From an uncultured bacterium (GTDB taxonomy: Bacteria > JAJVIF01 > JAPKYR01), in contig CBDURU010000034.1 in the NCBI GenBank assembly GCA_965369865.1, forward strand, positions 1-29,570: 29,570 nucleotides of DNA, written 5' to 3'. The notes beneath the pieces are model-generated. The model was not told the origin of the DNA. It made no database searches and saw only the letters and a program-made list of their open reading frames with translations. This document shows, piece by piece, positions 18,842 through 27,279 of this stretch. The translations under genes and the position numbers were made by a program. Within the stretch, counting starts at the first letter, position 1, and each line of letters begins with the position of its first letter.

Positions 18842-19090
18842 TTAATCCTCTGCATAAACAGCAAGAATTCCACATTTGGTACATCTGAAAATGGAAGTTT
18901 CAAAATTTTTCCGATCCTTGTAATTCTTGAAGGTGCCGAGAAAGGTGGTGTCTGGTTTGCCTTCAAACCATCGAGTAGATTGACCACCCCCTTCCATCGA
19001 ACGGAAGGCCCTTAAATAATAACCTGGATCTAACAGGAAGCCTTCAATCATCTCGTTCCCGCAAGCAAAGCATTTTTTTTCAGGATTCAT
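18842..19090 (-). CDS. Small zinc-ribbon protein (DUF6487/PF20097-like)
   Basis: CFAC..EMIEGFL ... W ... RCTKCG with an AGGTAGG SD. Confidence 0.7.
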   Translation of the reverse strand: MNPEKKCFACGNEMIEGFLLDPGYYLRAFRSMEGGGQSTRWFEGKPDTTFLGTFKNYKDRKNFETSIFRCTKCGILAVYAED

Positions 19091-19248
19091 GCACTTAACC
19101 TACCTTTCAAGAGGATTTCAAAATTATATCAAAAGATGTTCTGTAATTGAAAAAACAGTAACATAAATTATGTGCCGGAGTCACATGGAACGATTAATCA
19201 CGCGCCGGAGTCGCATGCCACGGAAATGCATGACTAATGAAATGCCAT

Positions 19249-19275
19249 AAAAAAACCACCCCTTTCGAGGTGGTT
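19249..19275 (-). terminator. Intrinsic terminator after the herA-like gene
   Basis: Minus strand reads aaccacctc-gaaa-ggggtggtt followed by a U tract. Confidence 0.8.
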
Positions 19276-19300
19276 GGCGATTTCAGATATATTTTCAAAT

Positions 19301-21073
19301 TTAAAAATCGAACTCGCGGCCTTCCGACTGGCTGAACGCTGTCTGTGCGCTGAGATCTTCCTCTTCCGCGAATCTCGTGATGTCCTCGTCGGCGGCGGGG
19401 ATGTAAAGATCACCCGGAATACATGCCGGTAGCGGGAACTTGAAGAACAGAGCCTGGGTGAATTTCGCGTGTTTCATCAAAATCGTACCACGAGGCACCG
19501 TGCCCAGCCTCGCTTTCAACTCAGGCGACAGCCATCCGTAAATCTCGTCTTTCAATTCGGCGTAACCCGTACGGCCGTACATGATGGTCGCGGAGTTATC
19601 GACGATCTGCTTGTCGACTTCGGACGCGAACTGTTCGACCCCAAATAGTGTGAGTCCGAGTGAACGGCCTCGCGAGGCGATATCGATCAGGTCGGCGCGG
19701 ATATGTTCCTTGCCGCCCTCACGGAGCCTCGGCGCGAACTTGTTTAACTCGTCGACGAAAACGATAATGTTATCGAATTCGGAGCCCTCACGTTTTTCTT
19801 CAAGGAGTGACTGTAGTTTCTTGAGCGTCTTGTTGAAAACCATTCTCTGACCGCGCTCATTGAGCTGCTGGAGGTCGATGACGAAGATAGATCCGTTCTT
19901 TATTTCAGCTAACGGTATATCAATCGGTTTGACTCCATCTACCGCGACAAGCCCGTCGTAGAATCCCTTGAGAGAAGACAGGTTCTTGACGCATTTATAG
20001 AAAATGTGTTTGGGATGTCCGTGCCAGTTGGTATGACGCGGATCGTAGGTGGCCCGGCGTTCTTCCGCCAGCCATTGCATGAGGGTGTCGTAGTCAGTGA
20101 TATCCTGCTTCTCAAGAACCGCCTGGATATCAACCCAAACCGCCTCGATCGAGTCGTCCCAGCTCGATTTATCGAAGAGCTGTTCAATATCATCCTGGAT
20201 CTCGGCGATATTCCATACGAACGGCTCCACCTTACCGTCTTTACGAATGGATTTAACCCTGGCAGGATTCCTCCTGTCAAACGGAGCGAAAATCCTGACA
20301 TCGTGGAACGGTTCAGGGTCGATATGCATCAGGTCGTACATCTGGCGGGATTTTATGGCAAGTTGCGTGTCTTCCCAGAGAAAAGGATTGGGTTTATCGA
20401 AGTAAAGGAGGTCTTTACCCTTGACGTTGAAAACCACGATCGCGATTTTTCGACCTCGCTGTTCGGCGCAGTATTCGAAGATCGATTTGCAGCAGAATTC
20501 AATTACTGAAGTTTTTGTCGCGAGACCGGAAATACCGGACACATTAAGGTGGGCGCCCTCAGGTCCGAGCAGGAAGCTCTCATCAATCTGAAGCGGCGTC
20601 ATTTCACCGTCGCCGTTCTCGAAAACCCCGACCGGTATACCCTTGTCCTCACCCATGTACTGGTCCATTCCCAGTGCGAACTCGATCCCGACCGGCGTCG
20701 AGAAATATACGTCAGACCTTTCAACCGGCCTGACCTTATTGCTGGTATTGATGATAATCTCAACCTTGCAGACAATCACTTCGTTGATGTCCGTGGGAGG
20801 CTGGACTTCCGGAGAGCCGAAATCGTGGCTGATATAATCGGTATGGAAGCTTTCCATATCCATCACTGCGTGCATGGAGACAATTGTCCCGAAAGTTACA
20901 TTCCCATCGGGGCTAAGTGCGGCGACGAGATTACCAAGTTCGACATTTTTAGCTTCCTTGCTGATCCAGAAATAAAATTCACTGGTTGTATTCGGATATT
21001 GCGGTGTCGAGACCGTGCGTCCGAGAACCCCATCCAGCAGGTTTAAATATTTGGCATTTTCCTCTGTGATCAT
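19301..21073 (-). CDS. herA: HerA/FtsK-superfamily ATPase (HAS barrel plus ATPase domain)
   Basis: N-terminal HAS-barrel-like region, atypical Walker A SGISGLATKTS, FNVKG.DL, Walker B IVFVDELNKF, RGRSLG and GVEQ. Confidence 0.85.
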   Translation of the reverse strand: MITEENAKYLNLLDGVLGRTVSTPQYPNTTSEFYFWISKEAKNVELGNLVAALSPDGNVTFGTIVSMHAVMDMESFHTDYISHDFGSPEVQPPTDINEVIVCKVEIIINTSNKVRPVERSDVYFSTPVGIEFALGMDQYMGEDKGIPVGVFENGDGEMTPLQIDESFLLGPEGAHLNVSGISGLATKTSVIEFCCKSIFEYCAEQRGRKIAIVVFNVKGKDLLYFDKPNPFLWEDTQLAIKSRQMYDLMHIDPEPFHDVRIFAPFDRRNPARVKSIRKDGKVEPFVWNIAEIQDDIEQLFDKSSWDDSIEAVWVDIQAVLEKQDITDYDTLMQWLAEERRATYDPRHTNWHGHPKHIFYKCVKNLSSLKGFYDGLVAVDGVKPIDIPLAEIKNGSIFVIDLQQLNERGQRMVFNKTLKKLQSLLEEKREGSEFDNIIVFVDELNKFAPRLREGGKEHIRADLIDIASRGRSLGLTLFGVEQFASEVDKQIVDNSATIMYGRTGYAELKDEIYGWLSPELKARLGTVPRGTILMKHAKFTQALFFKFPLPACIPGDLYIPAADEDITRFAEEEDLSAQTAFSQSEGREFDF

Positions 21074-21075
21074 GG

Positions 21076-22047
21076 TCAGGTGATGCTCCTTCCAAAGTAC
21101 GTGGTTACTACCCCGGGTGGGGGTATCAGTGTGTCGATATATTTACCTGCGTTAAGCAGGGCGAAAATCGATTTATCCCAGCCTTTTGCATTCCTCTCTA
21201 CCGGAAATCTCTCTTTGAGAAGCAGGCTTGAAACATCCGATGCCCAGACCTCATCCGGCGGATTTCCATCCGGATTCAGGCCAAGCTCGACTCGAATCAA
21301 CCCGAAATCCGGATTCATTCCGGCTGCGTCGCGAACCCTAAGGTAAAACGCGGGAATTCCGCCGGAATCATCGAGCGCGCTTCTGGCCCCGAAAGGACAG
21401 TTGAGCACAGTACTTCCCTCACCGAGCATTTCAGCGTCGGCAGGTATTAACCCGATAAGCCCCGGCAATTTCGCGGTGCCTTCGATTCCGGCGATGCTGC
21501 CATCGACAACAATCACCACACCGGGCTCACGGCCTTCCTTAAGGGCCAGCAGACCTTCCTCCATCATCTCGCGCTGGACACCCATTGCCTTCTGCATCGC
21601 CGCGATCCGTCGGGCCTTGTATCCCTGTTCGTCAGGATTTGTGTTGATTATCTCGATTCCCTCCGAGTATCGCTCTACAACTTCGTCCTCATCCAGCCCG
21701 TTTAAATCCAAAAGCAGGAGATGAGCGACAAGCGGTCTTGTGTAGGGTGCGAGACTGCCCTCATACCTGCTTAGAACGGCGCTCGCGACACTTGCGTAAT
21801 GCACCGGGCGGACATCGTCGTCCGTAACGATTTTGCCGATCAGGAAAGTCCTGCTTTTGCCGGTCTGGAAAAGCTGGAGCGCCATACTGCGGCCTGGTTT
21901 GTCCGGGATTTCGTAAAACTGCCCCGATATCGTCCGCGGTGCCGCGCGTTGGATGTAGTAACGGTCCTCTTCGATGACGGCTTCCGGCGCGAGATTGCCG
22001 CCAACCTCACCGAGGAACCCTCTTATGAGTGAAAGTATATTCTGCAT
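21076..22047 (-). CDS. NurA-like RNase H-fold protein, possibly catalytically degenerate
   Basis: Ends 2 nt before herA. IVVDGSI, GARS, FYLRVR, GLIRVE and LLKERFP resemble recalled bacterial NurA-like motifs, but the first FLDG motif reads FQTG. Confidence 0.65.
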   Translation of the reverse strand: MQNILSLIRGFLGEVGGNLAPEAVIEEDRYYIQRAAPRTISGQFYEIPDKPGRSMALQLFQTGKSRTFLIGKIVTDDDVRPVHYASVASAVLSRYEGSLAPYTRPLVAHLLLLDLNGLDEDEVVERYSEGIEIINTNPDEQGYKARRIAAMQKAMGVQREMMEEGLLALKEGREPGVVIVVDGSIAGIEGTAKLPGLIGLIPADAEMLGEGSTVLNCPFGARSALDDSGGIPAFYLRVRDAAGMNPDFGLIRVELGLNPDGNPPDEVWASDVSSLLLKERFPVERNAKGWDKSIFALLNAGKYIDTLIPPPGVVTTYFGRSIT

Positions 22048-22078
22048 ATGTTTGATCCCGTCACATGGGAATCAGGAG

Positions 22079-22120
22079 TGTAACCATATAATGTTACAGG
22101 AAACCGGGGGTGTTTAGCAA
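22079..22120 (-). promoter_or_regulatory. Putative promoter of the nurA-like/herA pair with an overlapping palindromic operator
   Basis: TTGCTA (22120-22115), 18 nt, TAACAT (22096-22091). Perfect TGTAAC-N8-GTTACA at 22079-22098. Confidence 0.5.
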
Positions 22121-22328
22121 TAGGGAAAAGGATATGCGGGATTGGAAATTTAAAAATAATCAGAAATCCGCTCTCGAAAGCTTAATGAATGAGTTAAGAT
22201 GATATACGCTAGTCCGGACCAGGAATTCAGCGGATGATGTCAAAAAGAGATCTTTCGGCGACCCACGCCATGATCCGGGTTGCGTGCGCAGTTTTTTTTT
22301 GGGGACCACAGTGAGGGTATGGATTCCA

Positions 22329-22456
22329 CACGGGCGCTCGACACTGGCGGAGATTTTGAATTAGATATAAGATCCGGCAAGTGTTCCGTGCTACGAAACT
22401 GAAGCCCGACATTAGCACTCTCGCTTCGCTCGCCCAGCTTGTGTCGGGCACCCGAC
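22329..22456 (-). repeat. Two adjacent REP-like hairpins
   Basis: Minus strand GTAG-CACGG-AACACT...AGTGTC...CCGTG (22329-22394) and GGGTGCCCGACA...GCGAGCGAAGCGAG...TGTCGGGC (22404-22453). Confidence 0.55.
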
Positions 22457-22929
22457 TACTTACTTCCGCATTTCCAAATTAGACGTCCAATGGATTTGAA
22501 CTTATTTACACCCAATGCGCCCCTTATATTTCTCGCTTTTGAGCCAGGAGCTCTTAAAGCGCTCTCAATGGCAGGTCTATCTGCCTCGTAAATACTCAAA
22601 ACATCAAAGTGTTCGTTCATAAGGACAAGGACTACTGTGTCCCAATCCTTATCTAGTTGGATGCTACCCAAACGTTGCCCGGGTTTCGCATTAGCAGGGA
22701 TACACCGCCCTTTGATTTGAATCTTCGTTTCCTTACCCTTGTTACGCCTTATGGCATCATATCCCGATTGTCGGGCATTCATTAATTCGAGATTGAGGAG
22801 TCTGGCTGCGGAAAATTCTGCCATCTCACCAGTTATCCCCAAAGGTTTACCTGTAATCTTTTTGTATTCGACCGCCAGCTTCTTTGCTTGAATAAGAAGG
22901 TCTTCGATTTTTGATAAATTGCTCTTCAT
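22456..22929 (-). CDS. PD-(D/E)XK nuclease-like protein (DUF6998-like)
   Basis: TGEMAE, GYDA and IQIKGR match restriction-endonuclease-fold motifs I-III. Codon usage looks AT-richer than the neighbours. Confidence 0.65.
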   Translation of the reverse strand: MKSNLSKIEDLLIQAKKLAVEYKKITGKPLGITGEMAEFSAARLLNLELMNARQSGYDAIRRNKGKETKIQIKGRCIPANAKPGQRLGSIQLDKDWDTVVLVLMNEHFDVLSIYEADRPAIESALRAPGSKARNIRGALGVNKFKSIGRLIWKCGSK

Positions 22930-22952
22930 AATGATCCCTAACCTTCGAGCCT

Positions 22953-23300
22953 TTACAGACCCTGCTTCGCTTCACGCCTGATCTTCGCCTGTTCGACCTC
23001 AAGCGCATAGCGGGTGATTTTATTTTTGTACAGGTCTACCATGAATTCCTGCAATTGTTCGAGCGTGATTAAATCCTCATGGTACAGGGTCAAAGATTCT
23101 TCAATCACCCCTTTGTAGATCGGTCGTTTCAGCTTGTGCGTACCGTCATCGAGAACCAACAAGCCGATATCCCTGAAAATGTTGAAGGTGACATGATCTT
23201 TCAATTCACCGAACTGGGCGTAGAATTCCTTTGAGAAAAGTTCCGGTTTATCTCCGGACGGCTGTTCGGCATCGGGAGTTTCAGGTGTTGTGTCAGTCAT
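22953..23300 (-). CDS. Hypothetical protein
   Basis: 115-aa ORF with a GGAG SD, co-oriented with its neighbours. Confidence 0.65.
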   Translation of the reverse strand: MTDTTPETPDAEQPSGDKPELFSKEFYAQFGELKDHVTFNIFRDIGLLVLDDGTHKLKRPIYKGVIEESLTLYHEDLITLEQLQEFMVDLYKNKITRYALEVEQAKIRREAKQGL

Positions 23301-23355
23301 AACGTAAAATGCTCCGTTTATCTGGCATAAAGCCGATTATTTATCAGGTGGGGTA

Positions 23356-25761
23356 TTATACATCATTCTCAAGAAGCTTCCGGACTGGTTTGATCGCAAG
23401 TGGGATTAACATCAGCCCCAAAATTGCTATCACCCACCCAATTTTATAACTCAAAGGGTCATACAGAAACCTGACTTCATGATCGCCTTCGGGCACCATC
23501 ACTCCCTTGATTATCCCGTTCGTCCTTCTTATTTCAGTCGGTTCCCCATCGATCCATGCTTTCCAGCCCGGGTAATAAGTGTCGGAGTAAACAAGATACG
23601 TCCCTGAATCCGATTCAACATCCAGGATAACCTGGTCGGACGTGTAGCTGACAAGATCGACCGTACCCGGTTCCGGCGGTTCCCAACCCGGTGGATCTGG
23701 TGTCCGGAGGATTTCCATAACAAAATCGACATTAACTATCGCGGTTTTAGCCGGATCGATTTCCCTGCTGAAATTAAAAGCGTCCTCGATTGAATCGACA
23801 TTGAAAACATCCGATACGCAATACCACCTCGGCAGACAGTCCTGGTTTTCATAAATAACCATCTCATCATTGTAGACAATCAGCCATTTCTCATCGGGTA
23901 AATCTATCTCGTCGGGCGAAACAAAGTACCTTACGTTTAAAAAATCCCAGAACGGTTCTTTGAATAATTCCATGTCGGGCGGCGCGTCTATAACCTGGCG
24001 ATTCCTGGTCATGGCCGGATTTATAGACGCGAAGTAATTTGAGTAATCACCCACGACCATCGGAATGAACCCGCCCATTTCCTGGAGTCCCAGAAGCGTT
24101 GTAGAATTCGCGGGCAGCATTTTTCTCTTACGGTCCCTGAAAATCCTGAACGGACCTTCGGTTTCCATCCGGGACTGTAAAAATTCGATCCCCGGTGTAG
24201 TCCAAATCGCACGGTTACGGGGCACCTGGATCATAATATGCGACTGATAAGGCACAAGATCGATAAGGGTGATTATCACTATGAGCGTATAGGCAAATCC
24301 TGTATTAATGCGCCCCAGAGTGAATTGCCTCAACACCATCGTGGCAATGAAAAGGATAAATATCCCGCTTATCATCTGGAAAGTGCGGCTGAAGTCGATT
24401 GAGGTCACAGGATACAGTTTCAGCGAATAAATAATAATTACAAAAACCAGCCCGACAACCCCGGAAAGCAGCCAGAAATTAACTTTTTCCAGTATTTTTG
24501 ACAGTCTCTCGTTTATTTTTAAATTCGTTACAAGATGGTTAATGACATAACACGCGGTGATAATGATCGCGATGTTTGTAATAAAATGCGGTTTGATTGA
24601 GCTTATTCTCAAGCCTGGAAGGATGCTGGCAACCACAATAAATAACTGGTTCCAGGCGATAAAAAGGCACCCGATCAGGAATAAAATGCTAAAAAACCTC
24701 GCTCGACGATTCCTGAACACAAGTGGAAAAAATAGTGCCGCGAACGCTGCCAGTATACCCGCATATCCGTGAATGTAGGTTTTGACTATTATTTCAGGAT
24801 AGAAAATTTCCCGATCTGAGATGTAATCACCCCACATTTTCGGGAAGAAGTACCTTATAAGTGTTACGGGCGAGTCCATCACCTCGAGCACATTAGCGGA
24901 TGCAAGCGATTGCTGATACTCGGGCGTAGCCCTGGGCGATTGCAGGTAGAACTCAACAGTAGGAAGGCTCTGCATCGCGCCGATCATCAAGGCAATTCCG
25001 AGCATGATTCCCAACGCAAGTGTGCGTTTCCCCAGGACTTTGATACCCCCGGATCTCGAGAACAGGATCCATGCGATGATTATGTAGATCGTGTAAATGA
25101 CAATCTGTGGGTATCCTGTGATCGATAAAAGGTAGAATGAAAATATAAAGCCGATGATTCCAACCTTGTCTTTCCTGTTTAACATCCGTTCAAGGAAGTA
25201 CATCACCATTGGGAAATAAGCACCGTCGGTTGAACTGATCCCTCCCCATGGAATATACGCGCCCTGCAGCATGTATGCGATCGATCCAAACACAGCGACA
25301 GGAGAATCAAGTTTTAATTCCCGTATAAACAGGAAAAAGAAAATTCCTGCCATGAGGAAATGGAAGAAATATATCACGCTCTGTGCGGTAACGGGTTCAA
25401 AAATAGCAGTCGGAATCAGCACGAGCGGGTTCAAAAGCCCGGTACATCGATTTGCGATGAACGGTGTGCCTGAAAACTGATCGATATTCCAGAGCGGGAA
25501 ATCGCCGTTCCGGATACTTTCATGCATGTAATGGATAAATGGCCATGTCTGGAGGATGGGATCGCGGATAAAACTCTCAACCCGGTCATGTTCCTCCACC
25601 GATATCACGTCCACCCACGGGTGATCGGCCTTGTATGACATCCCGAACGGTGCGGTCCTGCCGGAAATTATTCCCCAGAAAACCCACAACGCGATAACAA
25701 GAATCAGCCCGATACAGAGGGTGCCGACCCATCGCCGATTTTTCCCCTCGCGATTTCCCAT
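23356..25761 (-). CDS. Second YfhO-family membrane protein (putative GT-C glycosyltransferase)
   Basis: RDPILQTWP, PLWN...SGTPFIAN, GYPQ, C-terminal SDTYYPGWKAWIDG...G.HEVRF.Y.P and many TM segments. Confidence 0.8.
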   Translation of the reverse strand: MGNREGKNRRWVGTLCIGLILVIALWVFWGIISGRTAPFGMSYKADHPWVDVISVEEHDRVESFIRDPILQTWPFIHYMHESIRNGDFPLWNIDQFSGTPFIANRCTGLLNPLVLIPTAIFEPVTAQSVIYFFHFLMAGIFFFLFIRELKLDSPVAVFGSIAYMLQGAYIPWGGISSTDGAYFPMVMYFLERMLNRKDKVGIIGFIFSFYLLSITGYPQIVIYTIYIIIAWILFSRSGGIKVLGKRTLALGIMLGIALMIGAMQSLPTVEFYLQSPRATPEYQQSLASANVLEVMDSPVTLIRYFFPKMWGDYISDREIFYPEIIVKTYIHGYAGILAAFAALFFPLVFRNRRARFFSILFLIGCLFIAWNQLFIVVASILPGLRISSIKPHFITNIAIIITACYVINHLVTNLKINERLSKILEKVNFWLLSGVVGLVFVIIIYSLKLYPVTSIDFSRTFQMISGIFILFIATMVLRQFTLGRINTGFAYTLIVIITLIDLVPYQSHIMIQVPRNRAIWTTPGIEFLQSRMETEGPFRIFRDRKRKMLPANSTTLLGLQEMGGFIPMVVGDYSNYFASINPAMTRNRQVIDAPPDMELFKEPFWDFLNVRYFVSPDEIDLPDEKWLIVYNDEMVIYENQDCLPRWYCVSDVFNVDSIEDAFNFSREIDPAKTAIVNVDFVMEILRTPDPPGWEPPEPGTVDLVSYTSDQVILDVESDSGTYLVYSDTYYPGWKAWIDGEPTEIRRTNGIIKGVMVPEGDHEVRFLYDPLSYKIGWVIAILGLMLIPLAIKPVRKLLENDV

Positions 25762-25872
25762 GGAGCAATTGTAACTGAATCTCCCCGCCTTTTCCTGTAC
25801 GTAGATTGTTTTCTGGTGTTACAATACGACCCCGAATTCAATTTACCCGCCTGATCGCGGGAGGTGGAACTA

Positions 25873-27237
25873 ATGCCGTTTGTACCGCATACCGAAACCG
25901 ATATCCGTAAAATGCTCGATGAGATCGGTGTCGGTAAAATCGAGGATCTCTTCGAGTGCGTCCCCGATTCGATCTTCATGAAAGACCTCGATGATCTGCT
26001 GGCGCCTGTCACTGAACAGGAAGCTTTCAACGAGCTTTTCACTATCGCTGAACAGAATATGCCCCTGGCCGGAGAGATGAGTTTCCTTGGTGGAGGGCCA
26101 ATGAGGATGTACCGTCCCGCGGTGATTCAGAACATCCTCGGCCGCTCCGAATTTATCACCGCTTATACCCCGTACCAGGCCGAGATCAGCCAGGGACTTC
26201 TCCAGGCGATTTACGAATACCAGACGATGATTTCAGAGCTTCTCGGTATGGATCTCGCCAATGCGTCGTCTTATGATGCCGGGTCTGCCGCTGCGGATGC
26301 CCTTCTCGTGGTTAAGGATAATTTCAAGGGTAAGCGAAAAAAGGTCCTTGTCGCCGAGACAATCCATCCCGAAATTCGCGAGACAATGAAAACTTATAAT
26401 TACGGGTTTGGAATGGACTGGGTCGATATTCCCGCACTGGCTAACGGAAGAATCGATTCAGAAGCATTGATTGACAAGTTGGATCGGGATGTCGCCGGGG
26501 TTTTCATCCAGTATCCGAACTGCCTTGGCGTAATCGAGGACCTGTCGGCGGATGGACTTCCAAAAGTTATTGAGGTTATTCATAAGGAAATTGCGCTTGC
26601 GGTGGCTGTTATTAACCCGATCGCCTGTGCCGTTTTGAAACCCCCTGGCGATCTTGGATTTGACATCGCGGTAGCCGAAGGTCAACCCCTGGGACTTCCG
26701 GTAAGTTACGGTGGTCCATACCTTGGAATATTTTCGGCTAAAGGTAATCTCATTCGGAAGGTGCCCGGACGTCTGAGCGGAAAGACAGTCGATGTTGAAG
26801 GTCGTACCGGTTACGTTCTTACACTCCAGACGAGGGAGCAGCACATACGGAGAGAGCGCGCGACATCGAATATCTGCTCGAACCAGGCTCTGTGTGTGCT
26901 GGCAGCAAGCGTGTACCTTGCGTATTACGGTTATCGCGGCCTTCCCGACCTGGCCCGGAAAATTATGGGCATGACCCAGTACGCGAAAAATCAAATTTCC
27001 AAAAACACGAGATTCAAACCGGTGCACCCTGATGTCCCGCATTTCAATGAATTCGTTATCGGGTGTCCCGTTCCCGCTCAAGAAGTAAATGAATTACTCA
27101 AGGAAGAGGGGATTCTCGGAGGCCTGCTTCTCGAACGATGGGGCGGAGTTGAGGATCAGATGCTGGTTGGACTTGGTGATGAAAATTCTATCGAGCAGGT
27201 GGACGCGCTTGTGGGAGCGCTCTCAACCATTGATTGA
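25873..27237 (+). CDS. gcvPA: Glycine dehydrogenase (decarboxylating) subunit 1
   Basis: TAYTPYQAEISQG.LQ, ANASSYD, GGPYLG and LQTREQHIRRERATSNICSNQ. GGAGGT SD before ATG 25873. Confidence 0.97.
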   Translation: MPFVPHTETDIRKMLDEIGVGKIEDLFECVPDSIFMKDLDDLLAPVTEQEAFNELFTIAEQNMPLAGEMSFLGGGPMRMYRPAVIQNILGRSEFITAYTPYQAEISQGLLQAIYEYQTMISELLGMDLANASSYDAGSAAADALLVVKDNFKGKRKKVLVAETIHPEIRETMKTYNYGFGMDWVDIPALANGRIDSEALIDKLDRDVAGVFIQYPNCLGVIEDLSADGLPKVIEVIHKEIALAVAVINPIACAVLKPPGDLGFDIAVAEGQPLGLPVSYGGPYLGIFSAKGNLIRKVPGRLSGKTVDVEGRTGYVLTLQTREQHIRRERATSNICSNQALCVLAASVYLAYYGYRGLPDLARKIMGMTQYAKNQISKNTRFKPVHPDVPHFNEFVIGCPVPAQEVNELLKEEGILGGLLLERWGGVEDQMLVGLGDENSIEQVDALVGALSTID

Positions 27238-27279
27238 AATTGTACTGTAAATAATTTGACCGATTTTAAGGGTTACATA

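Noticed and set aside
20499..20546. Broken Walker A in herA suggesting inactivation
   Set aside because: The GISG(V/L)ATKTS form is, from recall, a conserved variant in a bacterial HerA subfamily, and the other motifs are intact.
22404..22449. Bona fide integron attC site
   Set aside because: It lacks the conserved AAC/GTT, is too short and has no clear L boxes. There is no integrase or second site, so it is kept only as a hypothesis.
22227..22451. 74-aa ORF
   Set aside because: It runs through repeat hairpins and has no SD or recognisable motif.
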